Shown one piece after another: positions 38,383-51,764 of a stretch of 64,000 nt of DNA; positions within the stretch are counted from its first letter, which is position 1, and every line of letters starts with the position of its first letter. This DNA comes from Saccostrea cucullata (lineage: Eukaryota). A program made the position numbers and the translations under genes. The notes below the pieces were generated by a model. The model searched no databases. It saw only the letters and a list, made by a program, of their open reading frames with translations, and had not been told where the DNA came from. Where the stretch lies: contig NW_026931531.1 in NCBI RefSeq assembly GCF_032062105.1, positions 372,001 to 436,000 of the forward strand, written 5' to 3'.

Positions 38383-39289
38383 TTCATTATTAACTATATT
38401 TACGTCACTAGTAATAGCATCAAAACGTGTACAGCAGGACAATAGTTATTAGGTAAAGAAGAATAAGAACACGATGGAGGATTATGTTTCAGATATTCAT
38501 TACTGAGTATCTAGGCCCTGTAAAGTTTTCTTGTGATTAAAACATATGGGCGAAATAGTCGATGTACCGGGTATTTGTAGGAAATACATGGTGTGCAGTG
38601 TTTAACTGAAACATGGCGAATACAAGACTGGACCCTTTTGTGATTGCCCATAAAAATACCACGCCAATTCTTTTGTTTAAGAGAAAAACCGGATTGTTTT
38701 AGCTGCATTTTCTTCAGTAAACATGGGGTTTTAAAAGTCTATGATTTGTAATATCCATAATCACAGATCCAAGCCAGTATTCTTGTGTCGAGGAATCAAA
38801 AATGGATTTTCATTGACCTTTCCAAGAAGACTATTCAAAAGTTCAAAGGAACAGAGTAAAGTTTGGTGCGAATATGATGAAGACGTAACTGTCGATTTAC
38901 ATAAGGTAGTAACGAATCAAAAGAGACATCGTGTACAATGTATTAAATCCTTATTGTAAAGCTGATGCCCATGACTACGTTTACGTCTCTGTGTATGATT
39001 AAAAAGTCCCATCACAATGACATTGTTACACTGTGGACTGGAAAGATTTCAAACACTATCGGCATTGTCATTGAATCGAAATGAAGTATCCCACGTTTTT
39101 GGTGTAGAAGTTCTGGTCAGTTAAATTACAACAGTTAAAGAAGTGTCAGTTATCCAAATGTCATAGATTTATCATTTTTACGCAGAACATTTTAAAATAG
39201 AAGACATGTGATCGGAAAAGGAATCTTCAATATGTCACTAACAGAAACTTTACATTCTTTTCTTTACAATTTTTTTGTATAAACCATCG

Positions 39290-40140
39290 GTTTATACCAA
39301 AACTCGGAACCTGAAGACTGCACAAATGACATATGCAGTGGCATTCAACATATCGACGACGCATTGTCAATTATTATTTGGTTATTTCAATTCCTTTGTC
39401 GATACGATACATGCATGTGCCGATGAGCTTGAGATAAAAGATACCTCAGAGTCTGACACATTTGTTTCATATTTGGATATTTTAACTTGAAAAAGACGTT
39501 AATGGTAATCTAACAACCAAGCGTTATGATAAACGTAATGACTTTAACTTTAAATTCTCAGCTTCCCTTACTTATGCAGCAATATGCCTTCATGACCTGT
39601 ATTTGGGGTTAACATCTCTCGGTTGATTCGATACACAAGGGCATGCTCTACGTATGTACACTTTCTAAAACGAGGTAAATTGTTGACAAACATGTTGATA
39701 AAACAAGAATATCAACAGTCTCGTTTAAATTCATCATTTCGTAAGTTCTTCGGTCGATGCAATGACTTTGTCAGCAAATACAATTTAACATTGAGTCAAA
39801 TGCTGACTGACTTTTTTTCATACTAATTGGTAGACCATTATTTAAACACTAAATTGACGACGGATATTCCTGTTATTTCCCGATCATGACAAGGAGAACA
39901 CGGCGGGTGTGACCGGTCGGCAGTGGATGCTCACTCATCCATTGCACCTGATCCACCTATGATGTTTTAGAGGTCCCTTTTTGCTCTGCTCCTATTTTGT
40001 TTTGTTTTATGGGCTTTTGAGCTTGAATACTGTTCGTTATCTTTATTTATTTCATTGAATATCCCTGAGGATTATCTGAAGGGTACTGACTGAACTTTTC
40101 GATTCTGTGTCCCTTATAGACTCAAAAGAGTGACGCCTTT
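39290..40140 (+). mobile_element. Second Penelope-like fragment (RT C-terminus and 3' tail), inverted relative to 36090-36960
   Basis: ELEIKDTSESDTFVSYLDI and IRYTRACS..FLKRGKLLTNMLIKQEY; the 3' tail is the reverse complement of 36100-36480. Confidence 0.75.
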
Positions 40141-41148
40141 TTATACGTGTTTGCCAGTATCATATCATATTATTTGTACTCATAAATAAATAGGTACTGA
40201 ACGACAAGTACCTATGGCGACAGACTGTCAAAAAAAAAAAAAGAAAAAAGAAACCAGAATAAGATTCTTCATCTTTAAAATTGTCGAGGAGAGTGGAGAG
40301 TTCTATTAATCATTGTCCTCTGGGTCTTGAGACATGTATAAAAGCAGGGTATACTTTGAAGGAATAGATAATGATATATAATAAAGGAACTGATTTTTGG
40401 ACCCTCATATGCTGTTGCAAACCAATAAATGTTGTTCTTGAGTCTTTTTAATTATTGTGCCACTTTCAATCAAACAAGAATCTTCTGGATATAATGTACA
40501 CTATTCTTTGTTACTTCCATTGTAGTCAATGAATTTTATTTGATAGAATTTCTTTTTATGAAAAGAAATCTATTCATTCTTCATTTTTCAATCACATGTA
40601 CATCTTAAATGATGCTTTGTCTTCATCAATTTGACTTAATTTACGAAATAAATTTTTTAGCCAAAAAGTTCAGACTGAACTCTAGATTTATTACGTTGTA
40701 GACTGTTCATTTACGGGTTTCAATGAGTAATTTGTAATATCAACGCATTAAATCAGGCTACAAATGGTGAACCGCTTTGGTCCAAAAGAAAAATCACAGA
40801 AACGCAGGAAAAATTTATTCAAGATAACAATTTATGAAAATATCACAAGTTTTCCAAATGAATAATAACTTAAACATAAAAAATAGCCCATAAAAATGTT
40901 GTTTTATAAGTAAAAAAAACAAACAATGATTCAAAATCGAAGTGAATTTTGAAAAACAGTGATCAAAATTTGCAACAAATAGTACAATGCAGGTAATATT
41001 ATGTGTAGTAGCCGTGCTACTCACCTACATAATAACTCTAGACAATATCTATATATCACTAATATCAATAAATTTTCACCGGGATAGAAGAAGGTCTGGA
41101 AACAAACTCTTCACACTAGATGACAATCTACAATGAGACAAATCACCT

Positions 41149-42637
41149 CTACAAAAGCTGAGTTGTGACTGGTCTCCAACCAGATTTTACCTTATTTAGT
41201 TTTACCATTTGTAATGGCGTCAGTTTGAATTCCTGTAACTCTTTTACAGATAGTTCATTAATGAAGGCGCCATCCAGTTTCTCCGCTTGACAAACGTCTG
41301 CCATTTCCCAGAGTCCACATTTTCGAAGACAAGCAACTAATTCGGTTACACCAAGATCACTGAAGTTTGTTTTAGATGAAATTTGTTGGACTTCTGTTTT
41401 AATTTCTTCGAAACTTGGTGCCACTTTCCCTACTGGTCTTAACATCACAGTTCCAACAGGTTTTCCCTTTTCTGAGCTCAAAGAAATATCTCTGAAATTA
41501 CCCATGTCTACATAGTCTGGGGGATTGTTCATGTTAGTGGGTTGTTGTTCTTGTGGTTTCCATGGCCGTGGAGATGGCTTGTTTGCAATCTCGAGTTTTC
41601 GCTGCAAGTTCGTGGAGAGAAAGTCGCGGGCTTTGTTTACATGATTTATGTTGTTCATAGCAGTGACATGAGCTGGTGATTTTTTCAGAAAGGATGGCTT
41701 ATTTGCTAATGGTGGTTTTGAATTTGGTGGAAAGAACTGCTTTTCTGGTTGCTTTGGTGATGGCGTAGGGTACAGATATTCCTCCGATTCGCTCTCTTCA
41801 TCCGGATTCTCAAATAACTTGGCTTTCATCGACACGTTTTTACGTGGATTTGCGTACTTCCTGCTGTTTGTACAGAGATCGCTCAAAGACCTTCCCAGTT
41901 GACTTCCACCACATCGTTCCCCGTTCCGTTTCCTTTTTGCATGGCTTCTTGGTAGTGTGGTGATATCGGGTGGCGGCGGCTGATGTACCTCCTTTTTCAG
42001 CAGGGACAAGTCGGGGTAGTTATATTCGTGTGACAGTTCCGCCGCGCGGATTTCTTGTTCTGATGGAAGTCTTTTGGTTTTGGACCTTTTTGGGCTCCCA
42101 GCGGGGAGGTCGTGTGGGGGACGGGAATCTATATCTGAAGTCACAGGACTTAGTTTCATCAAAATGAGGACTCGTCTCACTGCATGACGAAACACTTGTA
42201 ACTGTCAAGAGGAGGGAAAAATGCATGTAAAAGCTTATTTAAACTTGTATAAAATGATTAACATAAATCAAGTTGTTATTTATATGATTACTAGTATTTG
42301 TATCATTGTTCTTAATTTTCCGAATTGATTGTGACGGTGGACACCCCATTTTATTCGATGGACACAGAGCACCGTCACGTAAGGTATTAACATTTTAAAA
42401 GTTTGTTATTTGTCGTGAACTTTATTTTATTGTGAACAGCATACAGTGAAAAAACCCTTTAGAATTTAAAAAATATATATAAATAGATAAACAAATTAAT
42501 ACATATAATAGAATTTATTTTAAAAAAAGATTTATGTTCACAATGTATACTAATTATGTGAGCTTTCTGAAAAAAATGCTGATTTGTACCTTTGAAGTCA
42601 AGGCATCACTCAGGCGATTTCTGACCGAGTCTCCCAT
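41149..42637 (-). CDS. Pro/Tyr-motif-rich adaptor with C-terminal GAREM-type SAM domain (main exon 41149-42201; N-terminal exon 42590-42637 and/or 42923-43000, uncertain)
   Basis: 348-aa ORF ending FSDLGVTELVACLRKCGLWEMADVCQAEKLDGAFINELSVKELQEFKLTPLQMVKLNKVKSGWRP, a SAM pattern with the GWRP ending seen in GAREM. Acceptor at 42201 and two in-frame phase-0 upstream donors. Confidence 0.75.
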
Positions 42638-43229
42638 ACTCCTTACCGGGACTTTGGTTGATCACAGGATTAATCTGCTCAGTGGCTCTTAAAAGAAATT
42701 ACACATACATCTATATGCATGTAAATTATTTTTTCTTTTGACAAATTAAAATTTTTAAGACCTTATAAACAGAACTGCATGATAGTTCAAATTATTTTTT
42801 TTAATAAATCGAATTAAAAAAAAGAAATTTTCAAAAATATGATTATTGTACAAAATAGCGGACGTTTCTTTAATTTTTTCCCCGTTAATTTTCTGGTTTA
42901 TTTATAGTAATTTTTAACTTACCACCTGTTCCTCCCCCTGTTCTAGTGTGGATAATCCGCCAAAGTTCAAATGGACTTCATTTTCTCCATTATTCATCAT
43001 TGTGATGAAATTGCATAAACCTGCACAGGACTTTGCTTTAAGGAGGATATTAATCCATGAACAATAAATAAAACGGAAATCGGCGCGCGGATGTTATTGT
43101 ACATTTGGACAAATGCAACACCATCTTGTGCTATATTTATATTTAAGACGACCTCAATAATCACCTTAATTAGACACATAAATAAAGGAATTTAGTAACA
43201 CTGAATTAGAAGAGACAAGAACAGCCGCC

Positions 43230-45524
43230 ATGAAGTATCTACAGATTTTCGTTGTCCTGTTAATTGTGGGATTGGGTGCCGCACGGAGAGGTAAGATAAC
43301 CCAGACAGAAATATAAAACTTACTCTCCGCTAGTCTTTCTGATGTATAAGGGTGTTTTAATGATTTTACTGGTTGTATCTTTGTTAGTTTTTCTTATTTT
43401 CTAGTTTTCAGTTTTTATATCCTTTTGATATATTTGTTTGGATTTTGAAAGTCTAAATGTTTTGAAAGTCATTCCTTGTAATACTAAATCTTTCAAATTT
43501 ATATAAATATAACAACCATATGTTAAAATTGGAAAGTTACACAAAACTGAATATTTTTGATAACGCATGTATTATATAGAACAAGCTGTATAGTATTCAA
43601 AGTCAACATTTTGACTTAAGTCTGTTCACAGTTTATGGTCTGCAGGCCTGGCTTAACACCGCTATGAAGACTTAACATGTAAGGCAGATTTTTTTTCTAT
43701 TATAGGCAGAAGGTTTCGAATATTCTGTTCTACAGAAGCAGATTGTCCCCACTTTTCCACATGTGTTAACATGGGTCTTGCGGACAAAAGCGTTTGTTTG
43801 CCAAGTATGATTGCACTCTTTTTATATGAGATAAATTAAAGTTTTATTTTACAAGCAGAATTGGTAATTATTTTGAATAAATACTGCTAGTATTTAATGC
43901 CAATATCTTTCACAATCCTTTAAAGCATTTATGAATTTATCGCTTTGTAGAAAAAATGGTGAATATAAGGATGGAAATGAAATTATCCAGGCTTCCATCT
44001 TTGGCAAGTTGTACTGAGGATAGCGACTGTGAAAATGTCGGGAAATGTGAAGAGGTGCCTAACTTTGGAGTGCGCATGTGTATGCCAGGTGCGTTGTCAG
44101 TTTAAGTTTATATGCTGTTTATACCTTAAAAAATTAATTAATTATTATAAATATAGAATAAAAAACATGGAATAAAAATGGAAAATTATAGAATACAAAT
44201 AAAAATTATACAATAAAAATGAAGAATTATTCAATATTAATGGAAAAAAATCGAATATTGCAACGGGTTAACATAGCATACCGTTCACTTTGATATATTT
44301 AAAGAGAAACAAGCATCGCCAATTCTTGTATTATGTATTGTATGATGTAGAATACAAATTCTCGTAACATGACTTTATGTGTTGTAGGTTTCGTCAGTAA
44401 GATGCTTAACAAAAAAAGTGATCAACTGGCAAAGACCTGCACCTCCGAGAACGACTGTGGCGCTTCCTCTAAATGTATAGAGTTTCCAAAATTCGAAAAA
44501 CAGATCTGTTTATTTGGTAAGTTTCCTTTCCCAGCTATAATTAAAACAAATTGAAAATGAATGAATTGATATGAATTTAAAATTAAATCAAGACGTATTT
44601 GTGAAAAGCCCCCTTTGGCAGCATGTTTTGTAGCTTGTGGCGAAGGTTAAGATTTCTGAAATGGTAGTCAAACTCCAAGGTCAAGAGATAAAAAATGCTG
44701 TTACCTATAAAAAGGATTTGTCTATCTGAACATATAAAAATACATCGAAGATGAAAACATTTATGTGGTCTTCATTTCAGAAAATAAACTTTTACACAAA
44801 ATGATGGTAAGCATCCATAGTAAGTTTGTAAAGGTGGACCAAGAACAACCAGATATCGATACAGAGGAAGACAAAGAGGACGGGAAAGATGACACCAAAG
44901 GACAAGAGGGAGAGAATGATCTGGATGATAATGACGATGATAACGATGATGGTAAGGATGATGATTTGGAGGATGCTTCATTTATCAATGATTCTCAGTT
45001 TCTTACCAAGATAGATGACAACGATGAGATATACAAAAAATTCATCAGTGCGCACAAGGCGTACCGCGGGAAGGGATCCTGGAACATGTTTTTCATGGGT
45101 GCCTTTTCAATGGCGGGAGTCGTGATCCTCATTTTATTTTCTCTATTATGGTTAGTTATTTCAAAATTACATAATTTCCTGCTATATACATATTAATGCT
45201 GTCTCTATAGAATCTGTGTCCGTTGAAATGAACATTATATATGATTTTTTTAAAAATATATAAATTTATGAATATTCATTATCGGAATTGATATTGAAAA
45301 TTTGGAATGTGAATTGCATTCAGTTTTCCAAGGTCAGTGATAATAAATTTGATGATTTTTTTTTATCCAGTTGCTTGACCGTCAAAAAGAGAATGTCAAA
45401 GAAGCACAGAGAGGAATCCGGCGAAACAGGAAAAAAGGGACTTCGCAACGTGTTCCTGACAAAAATCAGCGCTATTCCAAATCCCTACAGTAAACTCGAA
45501 GAAGAGAAGGGCGTTAAGATATGA
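43230..45524 (+). CDS. Uncharacterised type I membrane protein: signal peptide, three 4-Cys modules, Asp-rich stalk, TM helix, YSKL tail. Exons 43230-43290, 43706-43804, 43951-44088, 44388-44516, 44781-45150, 45371-45524
   Basis: MKYLQIFVVLLIVGLGAARR|G..CSTEADCPHFSTCVNMGLADKSVCLP|..CTEDSDCENVGKCEEVPNFGVRMCMP|..CTSENDCGASSKCIEFPKFEKQICLF|..DDNDDDNDDGKDDD..FFMGAFSMAGVVILILFSLL|CCLTVKKR..NPYSKLEEEKGVKI*. All boundaries are GT-AG and in phase. Confidence 0.85.
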
Positions 45525-45869
45525 TCATGTTTAGAGAGGCCATTGGATGACGAGATGAATGTTACCAAATAAATAAACTATTGCCTAGATCGGCAATTGT
45601 TGAATGTGGCGATGAACACCTGACTTGCAGTACTTTAAAAATAACGACTTTTTTTTTTCAAATACAACTGTAAAATATCATTCAATCATGGAAAGATATA
45701 AATTGCTGTGTCAATGAGGTTTTCATTTTATTTTATTTTTTAAACCACCTCATGAAATAAATTTTCAAAAAACGGAATTATTTTTACCTTTAAAAGTACT
45801 ACTTTTTATTTGAAATCATTGACAACTGTGTTTTTAATAAAATGGAAAACACAAATTTACTTACGTTTG

Positions 45870-46480
45870 TCATTTGCAAAATTACTTTCTTATAGCGAAT
45901 CTGATATACAAGTACTCTGAAGTTGATATTAAAAATGTTCGAGTTTCTGATTGACGATATCTTTGTGGTTTTTGGAAACTATATCCTCCGACAATGGGAT
46001 ATTCACAAGGGTACCAATTATTAGACTGGACCTATTTTTATTCATATGAAGAAGAATTTATCTCATACACTGTACGTGAAAAGAAGAAAACACTTTCTTC
46101 AATCTGACATTTAGATATAATTATATACTACTAAATGTCTATTTTTATAAATGTTTACATAAATGATTATCGACGGCGTGTTGTTAATCAATTTGCATAT
46201 ACTTGCGATAAGATATCCTGGTGAGCTTGAAATAACAGACAATCTAACAAACACTAAAAAAATAACTATTAAAGTCACGAAGAAAACTAGTAAATTTACT
46301 GTCCATACAATCACTACCTTAAAAGTCCATAACACAGAACAAAACAGAACAAAATAGGAGCAAAGCAAACACGGACCAAACATCAGAGGTGGGATCAGGT
46401 GCTGTGGGGGAGTGTGATACATATATGATGATAAATGGGATATGACGTTATCTTTCTGAACTTTCCTTACTTTTGCAGCA
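45870..46480. mobile_element. Highly degraded Penelope-like fragments
   Basis: TACTCTGAAGTTGATATTAAAAATG..GAGTTTCTGATTGAC is the reverse complement of 37180-37227. The region also carries the GGTGGGATCAGGTGC tail motif. Confidence 0.55.
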
Positions 46481-46659
46481 GTATATACCTTAATATTTAC
46501 ATTTCCAATGTCTTTGTCCGAGAAAAAATCACAAATTGTAAATGTACTTTATATCAAAAATGTATTAGTCGATTCCAAAAAAACCACGTGCAGGGCGGGA
46601 CAAACAACTAGACAGAAGCATGGCTTGGAGCACGTGGATTGGCGGAATCAAAGCATGTA

Positions 46660-47150
46660 TAAGGAATAACTGTCAGATTTTTCAATTTCATGACGATGAT
46701 CAATCGATTAGCTTGCGTGATAATTTAAACAATAAAATGGATTCTTTGCTTGTTATTACTGGAATTAACGGTAGCAGCTGTTGCAGAAAAAATACATAAC
46801 CCGCGTAATAACAAACAAAGAAAGACATTTTATTGTTCTTATTTATATCTTTTTAAATAATCATTTAAAAAGGATTAAAAAGTTTAATTATTGTATTAAT
46901 AATGCGAACGTCTTTATACGTTTCATTGATGGAGCAGCCACTGATCAAGAAATCTGTACAGGCAACATGCCTAATCACAGTAGTTCATGCAGTGATTAAC
47001 GCAATGGGTTTTCTTAAGAAATAAAGGAGAAAATATTCAGTGGATGTAAATATTTTATGCATAAACGCCTTCGGCGTTAATGCAAATCATCACAACAGCC
47101 AATCGATTGATCACATCATGAAATCGAAAAAAAAAGACAATTACTCCTTA
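46660..47150. mobile_element. MITE with ~65-bp TIRs (TAAGG..CCTTA); an internal fragment recurs at ~49100-49285
   Basis: TAAGGAATAACTGTC..TTTCATGACGATGATCAATCGATT / AATCGATTGATCACATCATGAAA..GACAATTACTCCTTA. Confidence 0.75.
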
Positions 47151-47243
47151 AATATCACTTGCATACCGGGTTTATATCTCTCAGATGATTCCATACATAA
47201 GATCATGCTCTACGTATGAACAATTCTAAAACGAGGTAATTGA

Positions 47244-47559
47244 TTATACCCCCGCTTGAAAAGTGGGAGGGTATACTGTAATCGGTATGTCCGTCCGTCC
47301 GTCTGTACGTCCGTCTGTCTGTTACACTTTGGGGAACCCATCTCTTATCCGCAACTCCTCTTATACCACGGAGTGAAATTTACTGAAACTTTCACAAAAA
47401 TTTTATTACATATTGCCATTGTGCACCTCCTATTTTACTTTTTGATCCGATACATATTTTGGGTTTCCCGGCCACAGCAAAACATGGACTTTTCCATTAT
47501 AATCATATGGGAGGCGGGGGTATCATTTAGTGAGCTCATTGCTCACAGTACCTCTAGTT
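47244..47559 (+). mobile_element. Short HINE-like (Helentron-type) element inserted into a Penelope-like remnant
   Basis: ATACCCCCGC / GCGGGGGTAT sub-terminal IR, (GTCC)n microsatellite, 3' hairpin GTGAGC..GCTCAC, ends CTAGTT. Confidence 0.75.
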
Positions 47560-49440
47560 GACATATAAGTTTATGAAATTAAACTATTACTGGGTACTAA
47601 AGCGCCCTTTATCGCAGACCTATTTATAAAATATTTATATGAGACAGAATTCATTAAAAAAAAAAACTTTGACATTAACACATACGACGAAGTTTTATCA
47701 ATCAACATTGATGATTTTCATTATATGTTGATTTAATATGTCCCCACGAATTCTAAGAAAAAGACATCAGTCAAATAGTCTGACACATCTGTTTCATATG
47801 TAGATATTCAATGTAGATAAAACACGCATTATAGTAAATTAACAAAACTTTATTAAAATAAATGTGCTCATTTGAGCTTTTCTATCGTCAACATCTCTCA
47901 TTTATGTAGCAAAATACCATTATCATTATCACCTCTATATAAAGTTTATGCCTCCTACATTTGTAGTTTATTCAACATTTAAGAGCGTACTCTGCCAACG
48001 AACCATTTCTAAAATGAAGCAAGCTACTGAAAAATAAGTTGGCACACATTACGAATTTTTATAAGAATACTAAATATTACTAATGCATTGTTAAAATGTT
48101 ACTTTCATACACAATTCTATATCCTATATAGCGGTTTCATGACTTTTTTTATATATTTTTTATTAAATTTTAGAAATAGGAAGTGACACGACTTTTGAAA
48201 ACATAGAAAAATGAAATTTTAATGCATGGAATTTTGTGTAAAAAATAATGAACTCTCATATGTCTACTTTTATAATTCTAATATCCTATATTTCTGTAAC
48301 TTTAGTTTCACGAATTTTTATAATATTTTATTAAATTTTAGAAAAAGGAAGAACTTGCGTTCTTTAAAATAAAATGTTTTTTCTCTCAAAAATAAGGAGT
48401 GACCTACGATCCAACAATGTCTGCTAACAAAAAATTGAAAGGTTGAATGTTGAACAAGGAAGCCGTTTCCTATGAGAAATATGTAGATAGAAGGTTTATT
48501 GGATAAATCTCGCACAAAAAGTTAACGGAATATATTTTTTCTGTACTTTCTATGCATTTATTGGAAGAGTCATTAAGAATAATTACGTAACTAAGCAATA
48601 CAGGCATTGAAGTGTGTTTACATACATAACTTCCTGGTTTTAATGAAAGGGTAAATGTACGAGCTTTCTTTACTCAAGGATTTTATTTTTGATATATGTA
48701 TTATAGTTGTTTTTTATATATTTTTTTGTTTGAGCCAGATTCCCGCTTGGCTTGTGAGGGATGGCAACACTTGCTTTCCACCTCTGATGACATTGGTCTT
48801 AAAAGAAAACAAGTTGTAAGATATTATAGATTTATTTTGGAGAAACCGCAACTCATATCAATAAAATAATTAATTTTACAAAACATTCTGAAAAAGAAAC
48901 AAATCATTAATAACATTTCATTTTTTTTCAACATATTACATTTCAAATGCGTTAGCTTTCAAGGTATATAAACATGAATATTATTAACATAAAGATGATT
49001 GAATTTACATGTACATACCTTAAAAGAAAACAAGTTGTAAGATATTATAGATTTATTTTGGAGAAACCGCAACTGAGGTTGTCAGGGCGCGCATGGCCAT
49101 TATAAACCCCAAAAGTTTAATTATTGTATGAATAATGTGAACGTCTTTATACGTTTCCTTGATGGAACAGCCACTGATCAAGAAATCTGTACAGGCGACA
49201 TGCCTAATGTAGTTCATGCAGTGATTAACGCAATGGGTTTTCTTAAGAAATAAAGGAGAAAATATTCAGTGGATGTAAATATTACTCTTTAACTGATTTA
49301 TTTTTTCCTAATTCGAAAAAATGTATTTGTATGATGTCTCCGTAGTCATTTTCGAGGCCCAGCTCCTTTTGACAGCGTAGACAGTCCTGCAACCGTATTC
49401 CCTCAAGGTCTTTTATAAAACTTTTCCTCTGAAATCTTCT

Positions 49441-49586
49441 CTAATGCTTTCGATAACCACCTCTCCAAATTATAAGCCTCTGATATCTTCTCCAATACCT
49501 CCTCCCCTGAAATCTCCTGTTAAACCTTATCCTTTGGAATCTTCTACCATACCAGTTGCTGTTCTGTTGTTGTGCCTCCTCGACTT
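49441..49586 (-). pseudogene. Orphan last exon (copy C) of the cationic-peptide gene family: (E)VEEAQQQNSNWYGRRFQRIRFNRRFQGRRYWRRYQRLIIWRGGYRKH*
   Basis: Intact acceptor, open frame and the same TAG as copies A and B. Intron homology to 55650-56720 stops at ~50670, and no signal-peptide or Cys exon was found between there and copy A. Confidence 0.65.
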
Positions 49587-51764
49587 CTACAATATTGTAA
49601 TCAGTAATAATCGGTTATTTTACAAAATGTGAAATAATAAAATTAATAAGAAAACTGTTTTAACTTTCTAATTAATATATAAAAAATTCTACCCCTCTAC
49701 TTTGCAAATACATGTATATCATTTCTTCTTCGAAACGTTCTGCTTTGATTGTAATCCTTCCTTTCAGGAAGTAATTGTATGTTGCCAAGGCAAAAAAATC
49801 AAAGTCTATGGGAAATTATTATAGACAAATTTTGGCAATTTGATCAGGAAAGTACTGTATGTATACTTTAAAAAGCGGGCCTTATATTTTAAGCGGCCAA
49901 CGATGCGCTAATTCATGATTACTGCAAATACAATTATTAATACAATATACAACGCATTAGGGTATTGCGCTAATTATCCATAAATGCGCTAACAACTCAA
50001 CACCAAGTGATCGCGCTAAATTTGAATTCGCCAATTCATGTACAAGTTTGGTATCTTTGCTAACCACCAACCTGAAAAAAAACCCAATTAAGTACATGAT
50101 CGGAATCATTGCTTAACCTCTGAAAAAATATTTCTTCGCGTGCATTATCACATATGCCGGGAATTACTATATTTTAAAAATACATAGGCAGACTTTGAAC
50201 AATCGTTACATACTTGTTTCTTAAAATTATGTGTGTTTGTCTGCCTAAAGTGATTTTGAAATTATGAAACTAACTGGTTGATGACATTCTTTGAAACAAG
50301 GTTAAAATCAAAAGTTATCTGATATAAAATTAACTGCATTTGGAGCGCAAGTTTTGAAAGTTGCATGGTGATCAAGTTGGAGATGTCCAAAGTTACAATA
50401 GCATCTGCTCACAATTTTGTGCTTATTCATTTTTATTTGAGTTAGATACGTCTACAGACTTAATTTCATGTGTTTTTTTTCAAATAATTTAATCAAATAA
50501 TAATTCAGTAAAAAATAAACTATTAGTTAAAAATATCAGAGGTCAGAACACAAAAGCTAGCAAGAGAAACTGGTAGCGATTAAAGTATGAGAGTTTAAAA
50601 GTTACTTTGGTAAAATAATTTGTAATTTGGTAAAATAAATATTTTTCGTCAAGAAAATATAAAGGTCTTTCATGAGTGTTCACTCCTCCATGGCATCTTA
50701 TCCCACCTCTTCTGTCTCAGAGGTCCGTGTTTGCTCCTGATTTGTATTGTTTAATGAACTTTTTATCTTTAATAGTGTTCGTTAGTAAATATATTACATT
50801 CTGTAAAAAGAAGATTACTATATACCCTCCCGTTTTTAAGCGGGCGTATAATGATGTCAGTAAGTCTTCAATTTACCATATGGTAGAAATGTCTGAAGTG
50901 TTGAAAAGTCGTACGTTTGGATGATATTGATTTTGAAATAAAATGACTTTGATTTTAAAAACGTTGTTCAGGTATTTTACATATTACATCAATGCAATTA
51001 TTCTAGAAATTTAAATTATCTTCAAGAAATGGAAGTATTCTCATCAAATTTTATCGTGACAAAAATGGACTCAAATTTTTGTAAAGAAGTTGACGTATTT
51101 AAATTCAGTAAATGTAGAACACCTTCTGTTGTACAATTTGTATATTCTTCCCAGCATTAACGATTTCATTCTGATGCATAGTTATGACAGTGAATGACTT
51201 TGATGAAGAAAAATCATTTGCCTACATCTTCCCAGATCTGACCAATTTGCGTTCATGGCACACCCTCCACCCGTCAGCGATACACCTCGTTACCAAGCGT
51301 CATTTAAATAGTAAAACTAATATGTAAAATCCAACCAATCTCTGAATAGAATCAAAGGAATGTTAATTGATATGAAGAAATGACAACCGAGAAAGTTTTT
51401 ATTGCAGGCTTTTACAATTTTATTTTATATCAATTTCTATTAAAACATTAAAGAAATCTCTTGCCGTGGACTTAAATTCGGCAAAACGACGATTAAAAGT
51501 TTTCATGATCATTTCTACTTTGAAATGTTGTATCCCTTTAACTCAAATCAAAAATAAAGAGAGAAAAGTAAAAAAGAGTCTATTGCATATAAACATATTT
51601 TGATATTTTAATAAAATAGACTTTGATGACGAAGTAACAAAGTAGACGTTGTTATAAGAAAGTAGTACTCGAGTGTCTGCCTCTAAACCCTCCCCTCTTG
51701 CTGAGTAACATGAAGAATACACACTAGTTGTTCTATATTTAAGCTGTACTGGTCCAAGACCAGA

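Noticed and set aside
45476-45497. NPY in the membrane-protein tail as a Dab PTB ligand (NPxY)
   Set aside because: The sequence is NPYSKL, so the spacing does not match NPxY; it fits YxxL instead.
48727-48812. Possible hammerhead ribozyme (CTGATGA core)
   Set aside because: No GAAA correctly placed after a stem II, and no convincing stems I and III.
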